This document shows positions 11,220 through 22,234 of a stretch of DNA of 64,000 nucleotides, piece by piece. The stretch's first letter is position 1. Each line of letters begins with the position of its first letter. Made by a program: the position numbers and the translations under genes. This stretch comes from Tabrizicola sp. Lineage in GTDB: Bacteria > Pseudomonadota > Alphaproteobacteria > Rhodobacterales > Rhodobacteraceae. The DNA lies in NCBI RefSeq assembly GCF_041913445.1, contig NZ_JAYSFG010000002.1, positions 227,061 to 291,060 of the forward strand. Direction: 5' to 3'. The notes beneath the pieces were generated by a model that ran no database searches, had not been told where the DNA came from, and was given only the letters and a program-made list of their open reading frames with translations.

Positions 11220-12854
11220 ATGGCACTCAATCTGACGATGACTTCGGAGCGTGAAGAGCTGAAGCCGCGCATCACCGTGTTCGGTGTGGGCGGCGCGGGC
11301 GGCAACGCGGTGAACAACATGATCGACAAGATGCTGGAAGGCGTCGAGTTCGTCGTGGCCAACACCGACGCGCAGGCCCTGCAGCAAAGCCGGGCAGGCG
11401 CGCGCATCCAGATGGGTGTCAAGGCGACGGAAGGTCTTGGGGCAGGGGCCCGGCCGACGGTGGGGGCCGCTGCGGCGGAAGAGACGATCGAAGAAATCGT
11501 CGACCACCTGGCCGGGGCGCATATGTGCTTCATCACTGCGGGCATGGGCGGCGGCACCGGGACCGGCGCGGCCCCGATCATCGCGCAGGCGGCGCGGGAG
11601 CTGGGCGTGCTGACCGTGGGCGTCGTGACGAAGCCCTTCCAGTTCGAAGGTGCCAAGCGGATGCGGCAGGCCGAAGAGGGTATCGAGGCGCTCCAGAAGG
11701 TCGTCGATACGCTGATCATCATCCCGAACCAGAACCTGTTCCGCCTGGCCAACGAGCGCACGACCTTTACCGAAGCCTTCGCGATGGCCGACGATGTGCT
11801 CTACCAGGGCGTCAAGGGCGTGACCGACCTGATGGTGCGGCCGGGCCTGATCAACCTCGACTTCGCCGACGTCCGCGCGGTGATGGACGAGATGGGCAAG
11901 GCGATGATGGGCACGGGCGAAGCCACCGGCGACGACCGCGCGATCCAGGCGGCGGAGAAGGCGATTGCCAACCCGCTGCTGGACGAGATCAGCCTGAACG
12001 GTGCCAAGGGCGTGCTGATCAACATCACCGGCGGCCATGACCTGACGCTGTTCGAACTGGACGAAGCTGCGAACATCATCCGCGAGAAGGTGGACCCGGA
12101 AGCCAACATCATCGTCGGCTCGACGCTGGACACCGCGATGGAAGGCCGTATCCGTGTGTCGGTCGTCGCGACCGGCATCGACGCTTCGGCCGCGAACAAG
12201 GCCGAAACGCCGGTCGCGCGCCGCTCGATGGGCGCGCCGCTGACTCTCGCTCCGGAAGCGCCCCGCGCGGCGGCCCCCGCCTACACCCCGGCCCCCGCGC
12301 CGGTGATGGAAGAGCGCGCCCCGTTCCAGGAAGAGGTCGAGTCGGTGGCCGACGCCGCCTTCGACGCGGTGGCATCGAAGGCCGACATGGATGCCGACGA
12401 CCTGTCCATCGCCGACGACCTGCCGCCGCCGGCCTACCGCCCGCAGCAGGTTGCCCAGCCGACGCTTGTGCGGTCGACCCCAGCGGCGATCGAGGCCGAC
12501 GCTTCCGAGTTCGTGGCCCCGCGTCCGCGCGTCGCCGGCCAGCCCTCGCCCGAGGCGATTGCCCGGCTGCAGGCTGCGGTCAACCGTCCGGGCGCCGCGC
12601 CCGCGAAGTTCAGCCGTCCCGCTGCGGCGCCGGCCCCCGCTCCGGCCCCGGCTCCGGCGGCCCAGGGCGCGGCAAAGCCCCGCTTCGGCATCGGCTCGTT
12701 GATCAACCGGATGGCGGGCCACCTGGAGGCCAATCCGACCGCTCCCGCGGCGCGGAACCAGCCGCCGGTCACCGCCTATGACGACGACCACGACATGGGT
12801 TCCGACCAGGACCGGATCGAGATCCCTGCCTTCCTGCGCCGCCAGGCCAACTGA
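11220..12854 (+). CDS. ftsZ: FtsZ with long Pro/Ala-rich C-terminal linker
   Basis: [22 protein letters not shown]-terminal [12 protein letters not shown]. Confidence 0.98.
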   Translation: MALNLTMTSEREELKPRITVFGVGGAGGNAVNNMIDKMLEGVEFVVANTDAQALQQSRAGARIQMGVKATEGLGAGARPTVGAAAAEETIEEIVDHLAGAHMCFITAGMGGGTGTGAAPIIAQAARELGVLTVGVVTKPFQFEGAKRMRQAEEGIEALQKVVDTLIIIPNQNLFRLANERTTFTEAFAMADDVLYQGVKGVTDLMVRPGLINLDFADVRAVMDEMGKAMMGTGEATGDDRAIQAAEKAIANPLLDEISLNGAKGVLINITGGHDLTLFELDEAANIIREKVDPEANIIVGSTLDTAMEGRIRVSVVATGIDASAANKAETPVARRSMGAPLTLAPEAPRAAAPAYTPAPAPVMEERAPFQEEVESVADAAFDAVASKADMDADDLSIADDLPPPAYRPQQVAQPTLVRSTPAAIEADASEFVAPRPRVAGQPSPEAIARLQAAVNRPGAAPAKFSRPAAAPAPAPAPAPAAQGAAKPRFGIGSLINRMAGHLEANPTAPAARNQPPVTAYDDDHDMGSDQDRIEIPAFLRRQAN

Positions 12855-12880
12855 AAAGAACGCGGCATCAACCTTTCGGA

Positions 12881-12910
12881 AAGGCTCGGGTAACCGGGCC
12901 TTTTCTTTTT
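12881..12910 (+). terminator. Intrinsic terminator after ftsZ
   Basis: AAGGCTCGG-GTAA-CCGGGCCTT stem followed by TTCTTTTT. Confidence 0.8.
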
Positions 12911-12981
12911 GCATCAATGGGTTGCGGCGTGTTTCAAAGCTGACACATACCGTCACAAAGAGTGAGTTGAGGTTCAAATCC

Positions 12982-12997
12982 CTAACGAATACCTAAC
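12982..12997 (+). promoter_or_regulatory. CtrA-like box upstream of lpxC
   Basis: CTAA-CGAATAC-CTAAC versus CtrA consensus TTAA-N7-TTAAC. Confidence 0.5.
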
Positions 12998-13046
12998 GTG
13001 CAATCGGAACGGGTAGAAACCCGCTCCACATGAGGTTGAGCGAGAC

Positions 13047-13967
13047 GTGCAGAACACTCTGAAATCACCTGCCGCCTTCACCGGTGTCGGTCTGCATGGC
13101 GGGGCACCCGTGCGCATGGTCGTGCGTCCGGCGGCGGCCGATCACGGGATCCGGTTCCGTCGGGTTGACGTGGCGGACCGTGACCAGATGGTGCTGGCGC
13201 GCTGGGACATGGTGACGCCGTCCAAGCTGTGCACGGTGATCGAGAACGCCGATGGCGTGTCGGTGTCCACCGTCGAACATATCATGGCCGCGCTGGCCGG
13301 TTTTGCCATCCACAACGCGCTGATCGAGATCGACGGACCCGAGGTCCCGATCCTCGACGGCTCGGCCGTGCCCTTCGTCGAGGGGTTCCTCGCGGCTGGA
13401 ATCGAGGAGCAGGACCAGCCGGTCCGCGCCGTCCGCATCCGCAAGGCCGTCGAAGTGCGCGACGGCGATGCCGTGGCCCGGCTGGAGCCGGCAGAGATGC
13501 TGGAGATCGATTTCCGCATCGACTTTGCCGACGAGGCGATCGGTGTGCAGGCACGGCGGCTGAACATGGCCAATGGTGCCTTCGTGCGCGAGTTGTCGGA
13601 CAGCCGCACCTTCTGCCGCCAGGCGGACGTGGATGCGATGCGGGCCCGGGGCCTTGCTCTGGGGGGCACGCTGGAGAACGCGGTGGTCTTCGACGGGGAC
13701 CAGGTGCTGTCGCCGGGGGGGCTGCGCCATGCGGACGAACCCGTGCGCCACAAGATGCTGGATGCGGTCGGCGACCTTGCGCTGGCGGGCGGCCCGATCC
13801 TGGGGCGCTACGTGGGCGAACGGGCGGGACATGCGCTTACCAACCGGCTTCTGCGCGCTTTGTTCGCGGATCCCGAAGCGTTCGAGATCGTCGACTGCAA
13901 CCCGCGCACGCTGGGCAAACTGCCGGGTGTGGGCGTCCATGCCGGCGATCTGCCCGCGCGTGCCTGA
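13047..13967 (+). CDS. lpxC: UDP-3-O-acyl-GlcNAc deacetylase
   Basis: GVGLHG, TVEHIMAAL, EVPILDGSA, RHKMLDAVGDL, GH. Confidence 0.97.
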   Translation: MQNTLKSPAAFTGVGLHGGAPVRMVVRPAAADHGIRFRRVDVADRDQMVLARWDMVTPSKLCTVIENADGVSVSTVEHIMAALAGFAIHNALIEIDGPEVPILDGSAVPFVEGFLAAGIEEQDQPVRAVRIRKAVEVRDGDAVARLEPAEMLEIDFRIDFADEAIGVQARRLNMANGAFVRELSDSRTFCRQADVDAMRARGLALGGTLENAVVFDGDQVLSPGGLRHADEPVRHKMLDAVGDLALAGGPILGRYVGERAGHALTNRLLRALFADPEAFEIVDCNPRTLGKLPGVGVHAGDLPARA

Positions 13968-14105
13968 CCCCGGGGTCGGACATCACAGCCTTCTGAAAAG
14001 TCACGAAAGGCGTTTTGCGCCCCGGATTTTTCTGTGCTAGGACGGGCGCAACGAAGTGAGGCACGGTGGGGCAAACCGCCTGGCTGCAGGTTGGATAGGC
14101 GAAGA

Positions 14106-14948
14106 ATGTCAGGAAGACGGCCCGGCGCAGGGTTCCTCAAGACGGCGCTTCTGGTATCGACGCTGGCCGGATGCGCAAGCATGGGCTCGAACGAGCGGGC
14201 GCTGGACAGCTACACCGCCGAAGAGATCTACAAGAAGGGCGAGCTGGAGCTTGAGACCGGCAAGAAGCCGAAGGACGCGCTGGTCTACTTCCAGGAGGTC
14301 GAGCGGCTTTATCCCTATACCGAATACGCCAAGCGCGCGCTGATCATGCAGGCCTTCACCCATCACAAGGCGAAGGAATATCCCGAGGCGCGGGATGCGG
14401 CGCAGCGTTACCTGGACTTCTATCCGGGTGACGAGGATGCGCCCTATGCGATGTATCTGATGGCGCTGTCCTACTACGACCAGATCGACGATGTGGGCCG
14501 CGACCAAGGCATCACCTTCCAGGCGCTGCAGGGCATGCGCGAGGTGATCGAGACCTATCCCGACAGCGAATATGCCCGGTCCGCGATCCTGAAGTTCGAC
14601 CTCGCCTTCGACCAGCTGGCCGCGAAGGAGATGGAGGTCGGGCGCTATTACCTGAAGCGCGGGCATTACGCGGCGGCGATCAACCGCTTCCGCGTGGTGG
14701 TTGCCGATTTCCAGACGACCTCGCACACGGCCGAGGCGCTGCATCGACTGGTCGAATGCTACCTGGCGCTTGGCCTGACGGACGAGGCGCAGACCGCTGG
14801 CGCGATCCTGGGCTACAACTACCAGGCCTCTCCCTTCTACGACGACACGTTCCGCCTGTTGAAGGGCAAGGGCCTGTCGCCGGAAGCCAGGGGCGAGGGT
14901 TGGTTGCGCACCATCTACCGCCAGATGGTGAAGGGCGAGTGGTTGTGA
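14106..14948 (+). CDS. bamD: Outer membrane assembly lipoprotein BamD
   Basis: Lipobox LAGC, TPR-like helices, YYLKRGHYAAAINRF; between lpxC and recN. Confidence 0.93.
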   Translation: MSGRRPGAGFLKTALLVSTLAGCASMGSNERALDSYTAEEIYKKGELELETGKKPKDALVYFQEVERLYPYTEYAKRALIMQAFTHHKAKEYPEARDAAQRYLDFYPGDEDAPYAMYLMALSYYDQIDDVGRDQGITFQALQGMREVIETYPDSEYARSAILKFDLAFDQLAAKEMEVGRYYLKRGHYAAAINRFRVVVADFQTTSHTAEALHRLVECYLALGLTDEAQTAGAILGYNYQASPFYDDTFRLLKGKGLSPEARGEGWLRTIYRQMVKGEWL

Positions 14949-14952
14949 GGAT

Positions 14953-14974
14953 GGTGCGCTGTAGCGCACCCTAC
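14953..14974 (-). repeat. GTAG-family REP, single copy
   Basis: GGTGCGC-TGTA-GCGCACC-CTAC (minus strand GTAG-GGTGCGC...GCGCACC). Confidence 0.7.
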
Positions 14975-14982
14975 GCCTGACC

Positions 14983-16626
14983 ATGCTGCGCAGCCTGGAC
15001 ATCCGCGATGTGCTGATCATCGACCGGCTGAGCTTGGAGCTTGAGCCGGGTTTGAACGTGCTGACCGGCGAGACGGGGGCGGGGAAGTCGATCCTTCTGG
15101 ATGCGCTGGGGTTCGTGTTGGGCTGGCGGGGCCGGGCGGAACTGGTCCGGGCCGGGGCGTCTCAGGGTGAGGTGACGGCGGTCTTTGATCTTCCCGTGGG
15201 CCATGCAGCACGGTCGGTGCTGGAGGAGGCCGGGATCGAGGCCGAGGACGAGCTGATCCTGCGGCGCGTCAATGCGGCGGATGGGCGGAAGACGGCCTTC
15301 GTCAACGACCGGCGGGTCTCGGGCGAGGTGCTGCGGGACCTGTCGGATACGCTGGTGGAGCTGCACGGCCAGCACGATGACCGGGGGCTGTTGAACCCCC
15401 GGGGTCACCGGGCGCTGCTGGATGCCTTTGCGGGGCTGGACCTTTGTCCGCTGCGGGCGGCCTGGGCGGCGCAGCGGGAGGCTCGGTCGGCCTTGGCCGA
15501 GGCCGAGGGCGCGCTGGCGCGGGCGGCGGCAGAGGAAGAGTTCCTGCGCCATGCGGTGGCGGAACTGGACAAGCTGGACCCTCGGCCCGGAGAGGACGAG
15601 GCGCTGGATGCGCGGCGGCGGCTGATGCAGGGCGCGGGGCGGATTCGCGAGGATGTGGCCAAGGCGCTGATGGCCCTGTCCGACGAGGGCGCCGAGGGGC
15701 GGATGCGGGATGCCTTGCGCTGGTTGGATGGCGCGGCGGAGAAGGCCGAGGGGCGGCTGGACGCGCCGATGGAGGCCTTGAATCGCGCGCTGATCGAGCT
15801 GGGCGAAGCGCAGGGCGGGGTGGAGAGGGCGCTGGAGGCGCTGGACTTCGATCCGGGAGAGCTGGAGCGGGTCGAGGAGCGGCTGTTCGCGATCCGGGCC
15901 TTGGCGCGGAAGCATGGGGTCCTGGCGGACGATCTTGGCGGCTTTGCCGAGGGGTTGCGGGCTCGGCTGGCGGCGATTGATGGCGGGGCGGCGGGTCTGG
16001 CGAAGCTGGGGAAGGCCGTGGCCGAGGCGGAGGCGGCTTATGCCGCCGAGGCGGCGCGGGTGACGAAGGCGCGGGTCGCGGCGGCGAAGAAGCTGGATGC
16101 GGCGATGGCGGCGGAACTGGCCCCGTTGAAGATGGAACGGGCGGTCTTTGCGACCGAGGTCACGGCAGGGGAGCCGGGGCCGGAGGGAGTGGATTTGGTG
16201 ACCTTCACCGTGGCCACCAACCCTGGCGCGCCCTCGGGTCCACTGAACCGGATCGCCTCGGGCGGGGAATTGTCGCGGTTCCTTCTGGCTTTGAAGGTCT
16301 GCCTGACCGGGGACAGCCCCGGGCTGACCCTGATCTTCGATGAGATCGACCGGGGTGTCGGTGGCGCGACGGCGGATGCGGTGGGGCGGCGGTTGAAGGC
16401 CTTGGCGCAGGGCGCGCAGGTGCTGGTCGTGACGCATTCCCCACAGGTGGCGGCCTTCGGGGCGCGCCACTGGCGGGTGGAGAAGCGGGTGGCGAAGGGG
16501 CAGACCCTGTCCACTGTCACGGGGCTCGGGGCCGAAGAGCGGGTCGAAGAGATCGCGCGGATGCTGGCGGGCGACACGGTGACCGAGGCCGCGAGGGCCG
16601 CCGCGCGGGCTCTGCTTCTGGGCTGA
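14983..16626 (+). CDS. recN: DNA repair protein RecN
   Basis: GETGAGKS, HGQHD, ASGGE, IFDEID, VTHSPQVA. Confidence 0.97.
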   Translation: MLRSLDIRDVLIIDRLSLELEPGLNVLTGETGAGKSILLDALGFVLGWRGRAELVRAGASQGEVTAVFDLPVGHAARSVLEEAGIEAEDELILRRVNAADGRKTAFVNDRRVSGEVLRDLSDTLVELHGQHDDRGLLNPRGHRALLDAFAGLDLCPLRAAWAAQREARSALAEAEGALARAAAEEEFLRHAVAELDKLDPRPGEDEALDARRRLMQGAGRIREDVAKALMALSDEGAEGRMRDALRWLDGAAEKAEGRLDAPMEALNRALIELGEAQGGVERALEALDFDPGELERVEERLFAIRALARKHGVLADDLGGFAEGLRARLAAIDGGAAGLAKLGKAVAEAEAAYAAEAARVTKARVAAAKKLDAAMAAELAPLKMERAVFATEVTAGEPGPEGVDLVTFTVATNPGAPSGPLNRIASGGELSRFLLALKVCLTGDSPGLTLIFDEIDRGVGGATADAVGRRLKALAQGAQVLVVTHSPQVAAFGARHWRVEKRVAKGQTLSTVTGLGAEERVEEIARMLAGDTVTEAARAAARALLLG

Positions 16627-16706
16627 GCCAACCGCCCGGATTTGCGGCAGGATCGGGATGATCCATGCGCTGGCTGCATGGCGGGACTTCGCGGGTGCGA
16701 CCTACA

Positions 16707-16723
16707 ATGCTGCGTTGCAGCGT
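16707..16723. promoter_or_regulatory. PhaR-like palindrome CTGC-N3-GCAG
   Basis: ATGCTGC-GTT-GCAGCGT about 35 bp upstream of the small ORF at 16758. Confidence 0.4.
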
Positions 16724-16757
16724 CCTATCTTCAGGATACGAAGAAAGGACCTAACCC

Positions 16758-16913
16758 ATGTTCAACCTGTTCAAATCACTGGTTTCCGGTTTCCCCCGCG
16801 TCGCCGACCTGGAGCGCGCCTATCTGAACGCCTCGGTCAGCCGCATCGACCTGGAACGCCGCCAGCGCGAGATCGACAACGGCCTCTTCCGCCGTTCGAG
16901 CTTTGACCTCTAG
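16758..16913 (+). CDS. 51-aa DUF3563-like small protein (not in ORF track)
   Basis: MFNLFKSLVSGFPRVADLERAYLNASVSRIDLERRQREIDNGLFRRSSFDL; RBS AAGAAAGGA; YL...DLERR..EID pattern. Confidence 0.72.
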   Translation: MFNLFKSLVSGFPRVADLERAYLNASVSRIDLERRQREIDNGLFRRSSFDL

Positions 16914-16926
16914 TCATGCCTGAAGC

Positions 16927-18303
16927 TCATGGCTGACGGGGGACGACCTTCCCCGGGTTCATGAGGTTGAAAGGGTCAAGCGCGGCCTTCACCGCGCCCA
17001 TGACCTGCCATGCCGCCCCATGCTCGGCCGCCATCAGGCCGAGCTTGCCGAAGCCCACCCCGTGTTCCCCCGTGATCGTGCCGCCCAGACGGAGGGAGCG
17101 TTCGGCCATCCTGTGAGCCAGATCCTTGGCCGTTCGGGCCTCGTCGGGCCGTGACGGATCGACCATCAGGATCGCGTGGAAATTGCCGTCGCCGACATGG
17201 CCCAGGATCGGGCCGGTGATGCCGGAGGCGGCGATGTCGGCGCGGGTTTCCTCGACCGCCTGGGCCAGCCGCGAGATCGGGACGCAGACATCGGTCACGA
17301 TGGCCTTTGCCCCCGGTCGAGACGCCAGGATCGCCCGGTAGGCGCTGTGACGCGCGGCCCAGAGACGGGTGCGGGCTTCCTGTTTCTCGGCCCAGTCCAG
17401 CCCCTCTGCCCCGTGGTCTGCTGCGAGCGCGCGGAAGCGGGCGACGTCCTCGGCAAGGCCCTCCGGGTGACCGTGGAACTCGACCAGGAGCTGCGGAGAG
17501 AGGGGCAGCGTGAGGCTGGAATAGGCGTTGCAGGCGGCGACGGTGTCCGCGTCCAGGAACTCGATCCGGGCGGGGGTCAGGCCCATCTGCATCGTGGCGA
17601 TGACACAGTCGACGGCGGCGCTTACGGTGGGGAAGGCGGCGACGGCGGTCATCACGGCCTCGGGTTGGCCGTGGAGTTTCAGGGTAAGCTCGGTGATGAG
17701 GCCCAGCGTGCCTTCGGAGCCGACGAAGAGGGCGGTCAGGTCGTAACCAGCGGAGGACTTGGGCGCGCCGGTGCCGGTGCGGATGACCTCGCCACTGGCC
17801 AGCACGACCGTGAGCCCTCGCACGTTGTCACGCATAGTCCCGTAGCGGACGGCGGTCGTCCCCGACGCCCGGGTCGCGGCCATCCCGCCAAGCGAGGCGT
17901 TCGCTCCGGGATCGACCGAGAACATCAGGCCGGTGGTGCGGAGTTCGGTGTTTAGCGCTTCGCGGGTCAGCCCTGGCTGGACGCGGACGAGGCGGTCCTC
18001 GGGGCGGATCTCCAGCACGGCGGCCATGTCGCGGAAATCGACGACGACACCCCCGGCCAAGGCCAGCGCGTGGCCTTCAAGCGAGGTGCCTGCGCCCCAG
18101 CCGATCAGCGGGATACGGTGGGCGGTGGACCAGCGGGCCAGCGCAGCGACCTCTTCGGTCGAGCGGGGAAAGACCACGGCATCGGGCAGGCCGCCCGCGA
18201 CGAGGCTTTCGCTTTGCGCATGTTCGGTGCGGATAGCGGCGGATACCGCCAGCCGGTCGCCGAAGATTGCGCGAAGGGCGGTAAGGGGGGCATCGTCCAG
18301 CAT
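16927..18303 (-). CDS. FAD-linked oxidase, D-lactate dehydrogenase/GlcD family
   Basis: [39 protein letters not shown]. Confidence 0.9.
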   Translation of the reverse strand: MLDDAPLTALRAIFGDRLAVSAAIRTEHAQSESLVAGGLPDAVVFPRSTEEVAALARWSTAHRIPLIGWGAGTSLEGHALALAGGVVVDFRDMAAVLEIRPEDRLVRVQPGLTREALNTELRTTGLMFSVDPGANASLGGMAATRASGTTAVRYGTMRDNVRGLTVVLASGEVIRTGTGAPKSSAGYDLTALFVGSEGTLGLITELTLKLHGQPEAVMTAVAAFPTVSAAVDCVIATMQMGLTPARIEFLDADTVAACNAYSSLTLPLSPQLLVEFHGHPEGLAEDVARFRALAADHGAEGLDWAEKQEARTRLWAARHSAYRAILASRPGAKAIVTDVCVPISRLAQAVEETRADIAASGITGPILGHVGDGNFHAILMVDPSRPDEARTAKDLAHRMAERSLRLGGTITGEHGVGFGKLGLMAAEHGAAWQVMGAVKAALDPFNLMNPGKVVPRQP

Positions 18304-18400
18304 GTTCGTCAGCCTAGCGGCTTTGCGACCCGGCACAAGCTCTGGCCCTTCTCCGCGCTTTCCGCTATCAGGCGCGCATTCCATGCGAGGAGTCGCCCCG

Positions 18401-19069
18401 ATGAAAGCCGCCGTCGTCACCTTCCCGGGTTCGAACTGCGACCGCGACCTTGCCGTTGCCTTCGAGGGGGCAGGCTTCCAGGTCAGCCGGGTCTGGCACA
18501 AGGACAGCGAGCTGCCCAAGGGCGTCGATGTCGTGGGCGTGCCGGGCGGCTTCAGCTTCGGCGATTACCTGCGCTGTGGGGCCATCGCAGCGCAATCGCC
18601 GATCAGCGCAGCGATCCGCGCCCATGCGGAAAAGGGCGGCTTCGTGCTGGGGATCTGCAACGGCTTTCAGGTCATCACCGAAATGGGGCTTCTGCCCGGC
18701 GTCCTGATGCGCAACGCGACGCTGAAATTCGTCTGCCGCACTGTCACACTGAAGGTGGCGACCACGGATTCCAGCTTCACCAACGCCTATAACGTCGGTC
18801 AGGAGATCGCCATTCCGATCGCCCATCACGACGGCAATTACACCATCGACGCCGACGGCCTTGCCCGGCTGCAGGGCGAAGACCGGATCGCCTTCACCTA
18901 CGCCCAGAACCCCAACGGCAGCATGGCGGACATCGCCGGCGTGTTGTCCGAAAACCGCCGCGTCCTGGGGATGATGCCGCACCCGGAGCGGGCCACCGAG
19001 GCCGCTTTGGGCAGCAGTGATGGCAAGGGCCTCTTCGCCTCGCTGATGGGCGGGATGGCGCTGGCCTGA
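18401..19069 (+). CDS. purQ: FGAM synthase glutaminase subunit
   Basis: [33 protein letters not shown]. Confidence 0.96.
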   Translation: MKAAVVTFPGSNCDRDLAVAFEGAGFQVSRVWHKDSELPKGVDVVGVPGGFSFGDYLRCGAIAAQSPISAAIRAHAEKGGFVLGICNGFQVITEMGLLPGVLMRNATLKFVCRTVTLKVATTDSSFTNAYNVGQEIAIPIAHHDGNYTIDADGLARLQGEDRIAFTYAQNPNGSMADIAGVLSENRRVLGMMPHPERATEAALGSSDGKGLFASLMGGMALA

Positions 19070-19115
19070 GGGCCGCTGGCTTGAGGCCACTCCGGCGCGG
19101 CCCTACTCTCCGGCC

Positions 19116-20876
19116 ATGACCGCCACTGACATGACCGCAGCACCTACGACGACGCCGGGCCTGCCCTGGCGCGCCAAGCTGGCCGTCGTGCTGCTGGTGA
19201 TCCTCGCCGTGGTGGTGGTGCTGGTGTCGAACCGGCTTCTGACCGACCGCTACACCGCCGATACCCGCAGCCGGGCCGAGGTGCGGCTGGCGCTTTACAC
19301 CGGCAACCTGATGGCCGAGCTGCAGCGGACCTCGGTCGTGCCGCTTCTGCTGGCTGGCGACCCCGACCTGATCACCGCGCTGAAGGACGGCAATTTCTCC
19401 AGCACCTCGGCCAAGCTGATCTCGTTGCAAAGCCAGCTGGGCGTCGCCTCGATCCGGCTGGTCGATGCGGACGGGCGCGTGGTGGGTGCCACGAACCGCA
19501 ACGTGCTGGGGACGAGCCACCGCAACGAGACCTATTTCGTCGATGCGCAGCGCGCGAAGGAGACGGTCTTTACCCCGGTCAAGCGCGATGCGGGCGGCTT
19601 CGACTTCGTCTATTCCCGCGCGGTAATGGCCGAGTCCCGCGTCATGGGCGTGATCATCGTGTCGGTCGACCTGATGAAATACGAACGCGCCTGGGCGGGC
19701 CTGCAGGACGCGATCATGGTGACGGACAGCGAGGGCACCGTGATGCTTTCGACCGAGCCGCGCTGGCGCGGGCTGCCGCGGACAGAGGCCCTTGCGCTGC
19801 GCGACCCGCCCTCGGCCATCTCGCGCGCGTTGCAGGCCACGACCGAATGGGCGCAAGACCCGCCGGACGCCTATGTCCGCGGCGAAGCGGTGATGAGCAC
19901 CGAGGCGCGCATCCCCTTCCGCGGCTGGAAGATCACGACCTTCACCGCCTATGGCTCGGTCCGCGAGCAGGTGAACGGGATCCTGGCGCTGGAGATCATG
20001 GGCTTTGCCATCCTGATGGCCTTCACCTTCTACCTGCTGTCGCGCCGGGCCTGGTCGCGGTCGGCCTCGTTCCAGCGGGAGTCGGCGGAGTTGCGGCTGT
20101 TGAACGCGCGTTTGCAGCGGGCCATCGCGGAGCGCGAGAAGGTGAAGAAGGATCTGGAGGTCGCGGAACTGACGCTGGCGCAGTCGTCGAAACTGGCGGC
20201 CCTGGGCGAGATGTCGGCGGCCGTGAGCCACGAGTTGAACCAGCCCCTGGCCGCGATGAAGACCTATCTTGCCGGGGCGCGGCTGCTCCTTCAGCGCAAG
20301 CGGCTGGATGAGGCGCTGTCGTCCTTCCAGCGGGTCGACGACCTGATCGAGCGGATGGGCGCGATCACCCGGCAGCTGAAGTCCTATGCGAGGAAGGGCG
20401 GCGAAGCCTTTGAAGAGGTTGATCTTCGGGCGTGTGTGTCCTCGGCTCTGGCGATGATGGAGCCGCAGCTCAAGGCGCGCGTGGTGAAGATCAGCCGGGG
20501 GATGCCACGCCAGCCGGTGATGGTCATGGCCGACCGGCTTCGGCTGGAGCAGGTGATCATCAACCTTCTGCGCAACGCGCTGGACGCGACCAAGGACACC
20601 AAGGCCCCGCATATCGACATCCTTCTGTCGGCGGGGGAAACCGCGACCCTTACGGTGCGTGACAATGGCCACGGGATCACCGATCTCGAGAACCTGTTCG
20701 AACCCTTCTACACGACGAAACAGCCCGGCGAAGGCGTGGGGCTGGGCCTTGCGATCTCGTCGGGCATCGTCACCGACCTGGGCGGTCGTCTGACCGCACG
20801 GAACGGGGAAGGGGGCGGCGCCGTTTTCGAGATGCAGTTGCCGATCCTGGGCAACAAACAGGAAGCAGCAGAATGA
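19116..20876 (+). CDS. dctB: DctB-type sensor histidine kinase
   Basis: TM-periplasmic cache-TM; SHELNQPL, NLLRNALDA, DNGHG, GLGLAIS. Confidence 0.85.
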   Translation: MTATDMTAAPTTTPGLPWRAKLAVVLLVILAVVVVLVSNRLLTDRYTADTRSRAEVRLALYTGNLMAELQRTSVVPLLLAGDPDLITALKDGNFSSTSAKLISLQSQLGVASIRLVDADGRVVGATNRNVLGTSHRNETYFVDAQRAKETVFTPVKRDAGGFDFVYSRAVMAESRVMGVIIVSVDLMKYERAWAGLQDAIMVTDSEGTVMLSTEPRWRGLPRTEALALRDPPSAISRALQATTEWAQDPPDAYVRGEAVMSTEARIPFRGWKITTFTAYGSVREQVNGILALEIMGFAILMAFTFYLLSRRAWSRSASFQRESAELRLLNARLQRAIAEREKVKKDLEVAELTLAQSSKLAALGEMSAAVSHELNQPLAAMKTYLAGARLLLQRKRLDEALSSFQRVDDLIERMGAITRQLKSYARKGGEAFEEVDLRACVSSALAMMEPQLKARVVKISRGMPRQPVMVMADRLRLEQVIINLLRNALDATKDTKAPHIDILLSAGETATLTVRDNGHGITDLENLFEPFYTTKQPGEGVGLGLAISSGIVTDLGGRLTARNGEGGGAVFEMQLPILGNKQEAAE

Positions 20877-20886
20877 AGAGGTCCCA

Positions 20887-22215
20887 ATGGCCCGCGCAAT
20901 GAAAGTGGCGATCGTCGACGACGAGGCGGACATGCGGCAGTCGATCAGCCAGTGGCTGGCCCTGTCGGGGTTCGACACGGAAACCTACGCCAGCGCCGAG
21001 GATGCGCTGAAGGTGATCGGTCCGGATTTCCAGGGCGTCGTGGTCAGCGACATCAAGATGCCGGGGATGGACGGGATGGCCTTCCTGAAGCGGCTGATGG
21101 GGCAGGATTCGGGGTTGCCCGTGATCATGATCACCGGCCACGGCGACGTGCCGATGGCGGTCGAGGCGATGCGGGTGGGGGCGTTCGACTTCCTGGAGAA
21201 GCCCTTCAACCCCGACCGCATGACCGAGCTTGCCAAGCGCGCCACCCAGGCGCGGCGGATGACGCTGGACAACCGGGCGCTCCGGAAGGAGCTGTCGGAT
21301 GGGTCCACCATCATCAAGAAGCTGATCGGCACCAGCCCGGCGATGGAGCGGCTGCGTGAGGATATTCTCGACCTTGGCCAGGCGGATTCTCACGTGCTGA
21401 TCGACGGCGAGACGGGGACAGGCAAGACGCTGGTGGCGCATGCCCTGCACGCGGTCGGGCCGCGGGCGTCGAAGAAGTTCGTGGCGATTTCCTGCGCGGC
21501 CTGGAGCGAGGACAAGCTTGCGGCGCGGCTCTTCGGTCCGGGCGAGGACGGGGCGCTGCCCTTGGTCGAGGAGGCGCGGGGCGGCACGCTGTGCCTGGAG
21601 GACATCGAGGCGATGCCGGGGGCGCTGCAGGCGCGGCTTCTGACCTTCATCAACGACCAGGGGACCCCGCCGGAAACCCGGATCATCGCGATCTGCAACA
21701 GCCACGCGCCCGACACGACGCTGGAGCAGACGCTGCGGCCGGACCTGTTCTATCGGCTTGGGGCGATGACGATCCTCCTGCCGCCCTTGCGGACGCGCGG
21801 CGAGGATATCCTGCAGCTCTTCACCCGGCTGTCGGAGCAGTTCGCCGAGGAATACGGCTGCGACGCCCCCCAGGTCACCGCGCAGGAAGCCGCGCAGCTG
21901 CTGCAGGCTCCCTGGCCGGGGAACGTGCGGCAGCTGGTGAACATCGCCGAGCGGGCGGTGCTGCAGAACCGGCGGGGGTCGGGGTCGATTGCGTCCCTCC
22001 TGATGGCCGAGAACGAGGCGTCGGGGCCGGCGCTGACGACGGAAGGCAAGCCCTTGAAGGACTACGTCGAGGCCTTCGAGCGGATGCTGATCGACAACAC
22101 GATGCGGCGGCACAAGGGGTCGATCGTGGCGGTGATGGAGGAGCTTTGCCTGCCGCGCCGGACGCTGAACGAGAAGATGGCCAAGTACGGGCTGACCCGC
22201 GGGGATTACGTCTGA
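20887..22215 (+). CDS. dctD: DctD-type response regulator (REC-AAA-HTH) with degenerate AAA domain
   Basis: VDDE, SDIKMPG, GETGTGKT, WPGNVRQL, C-terminal HTH; no GAFTGA. Confidence 0.85.
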   Translation: MARAMKVAIVDDEADMRQSISQWLALSGFDTETYASAEDALKVIGPDFQGVVVSDIKMPGMDGMAFLKRLMGQDSGLPVIMITGHGDVPMAVEAMRVGAFDFLEKPFNPDRMTELAKRATQARRMTLDNRALRKELSDGSTIIKKLIGTSPAMERLREDILDLGQADSHVLIDGETGTGKTLVAHALHAVGPRASKKFVAISCAAWSEDKLAARLFGPGEDGALPLVEEARGGTLCLEDIEAMPGALQARLLTFINDQGTPPETRIIAICNSHAPDTTLEQTLRPDLFYRLGAMTILLPPLRTRGEDILQLFTRLSEQFAEEYGCDAPQVTAQEAAQLLQAPWPGNVRQLVNIAERAVLQNRRGSGSIASLLMAENEASGPALTTEGKPLKDYVEAFERMLIDNTMRRHKGSIVAVMEELCLPRRTLNEKMAKYGLTRGDYV

Positions 22216-22234
22216 CATCCCTGGGGCGCCCCGC

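Noticed and set aside
12600-12670. (AP)n repeat in the FtsZ linker
   Set aside because: Low-complexity linker typical of long alphaproteobacterial FtsZ
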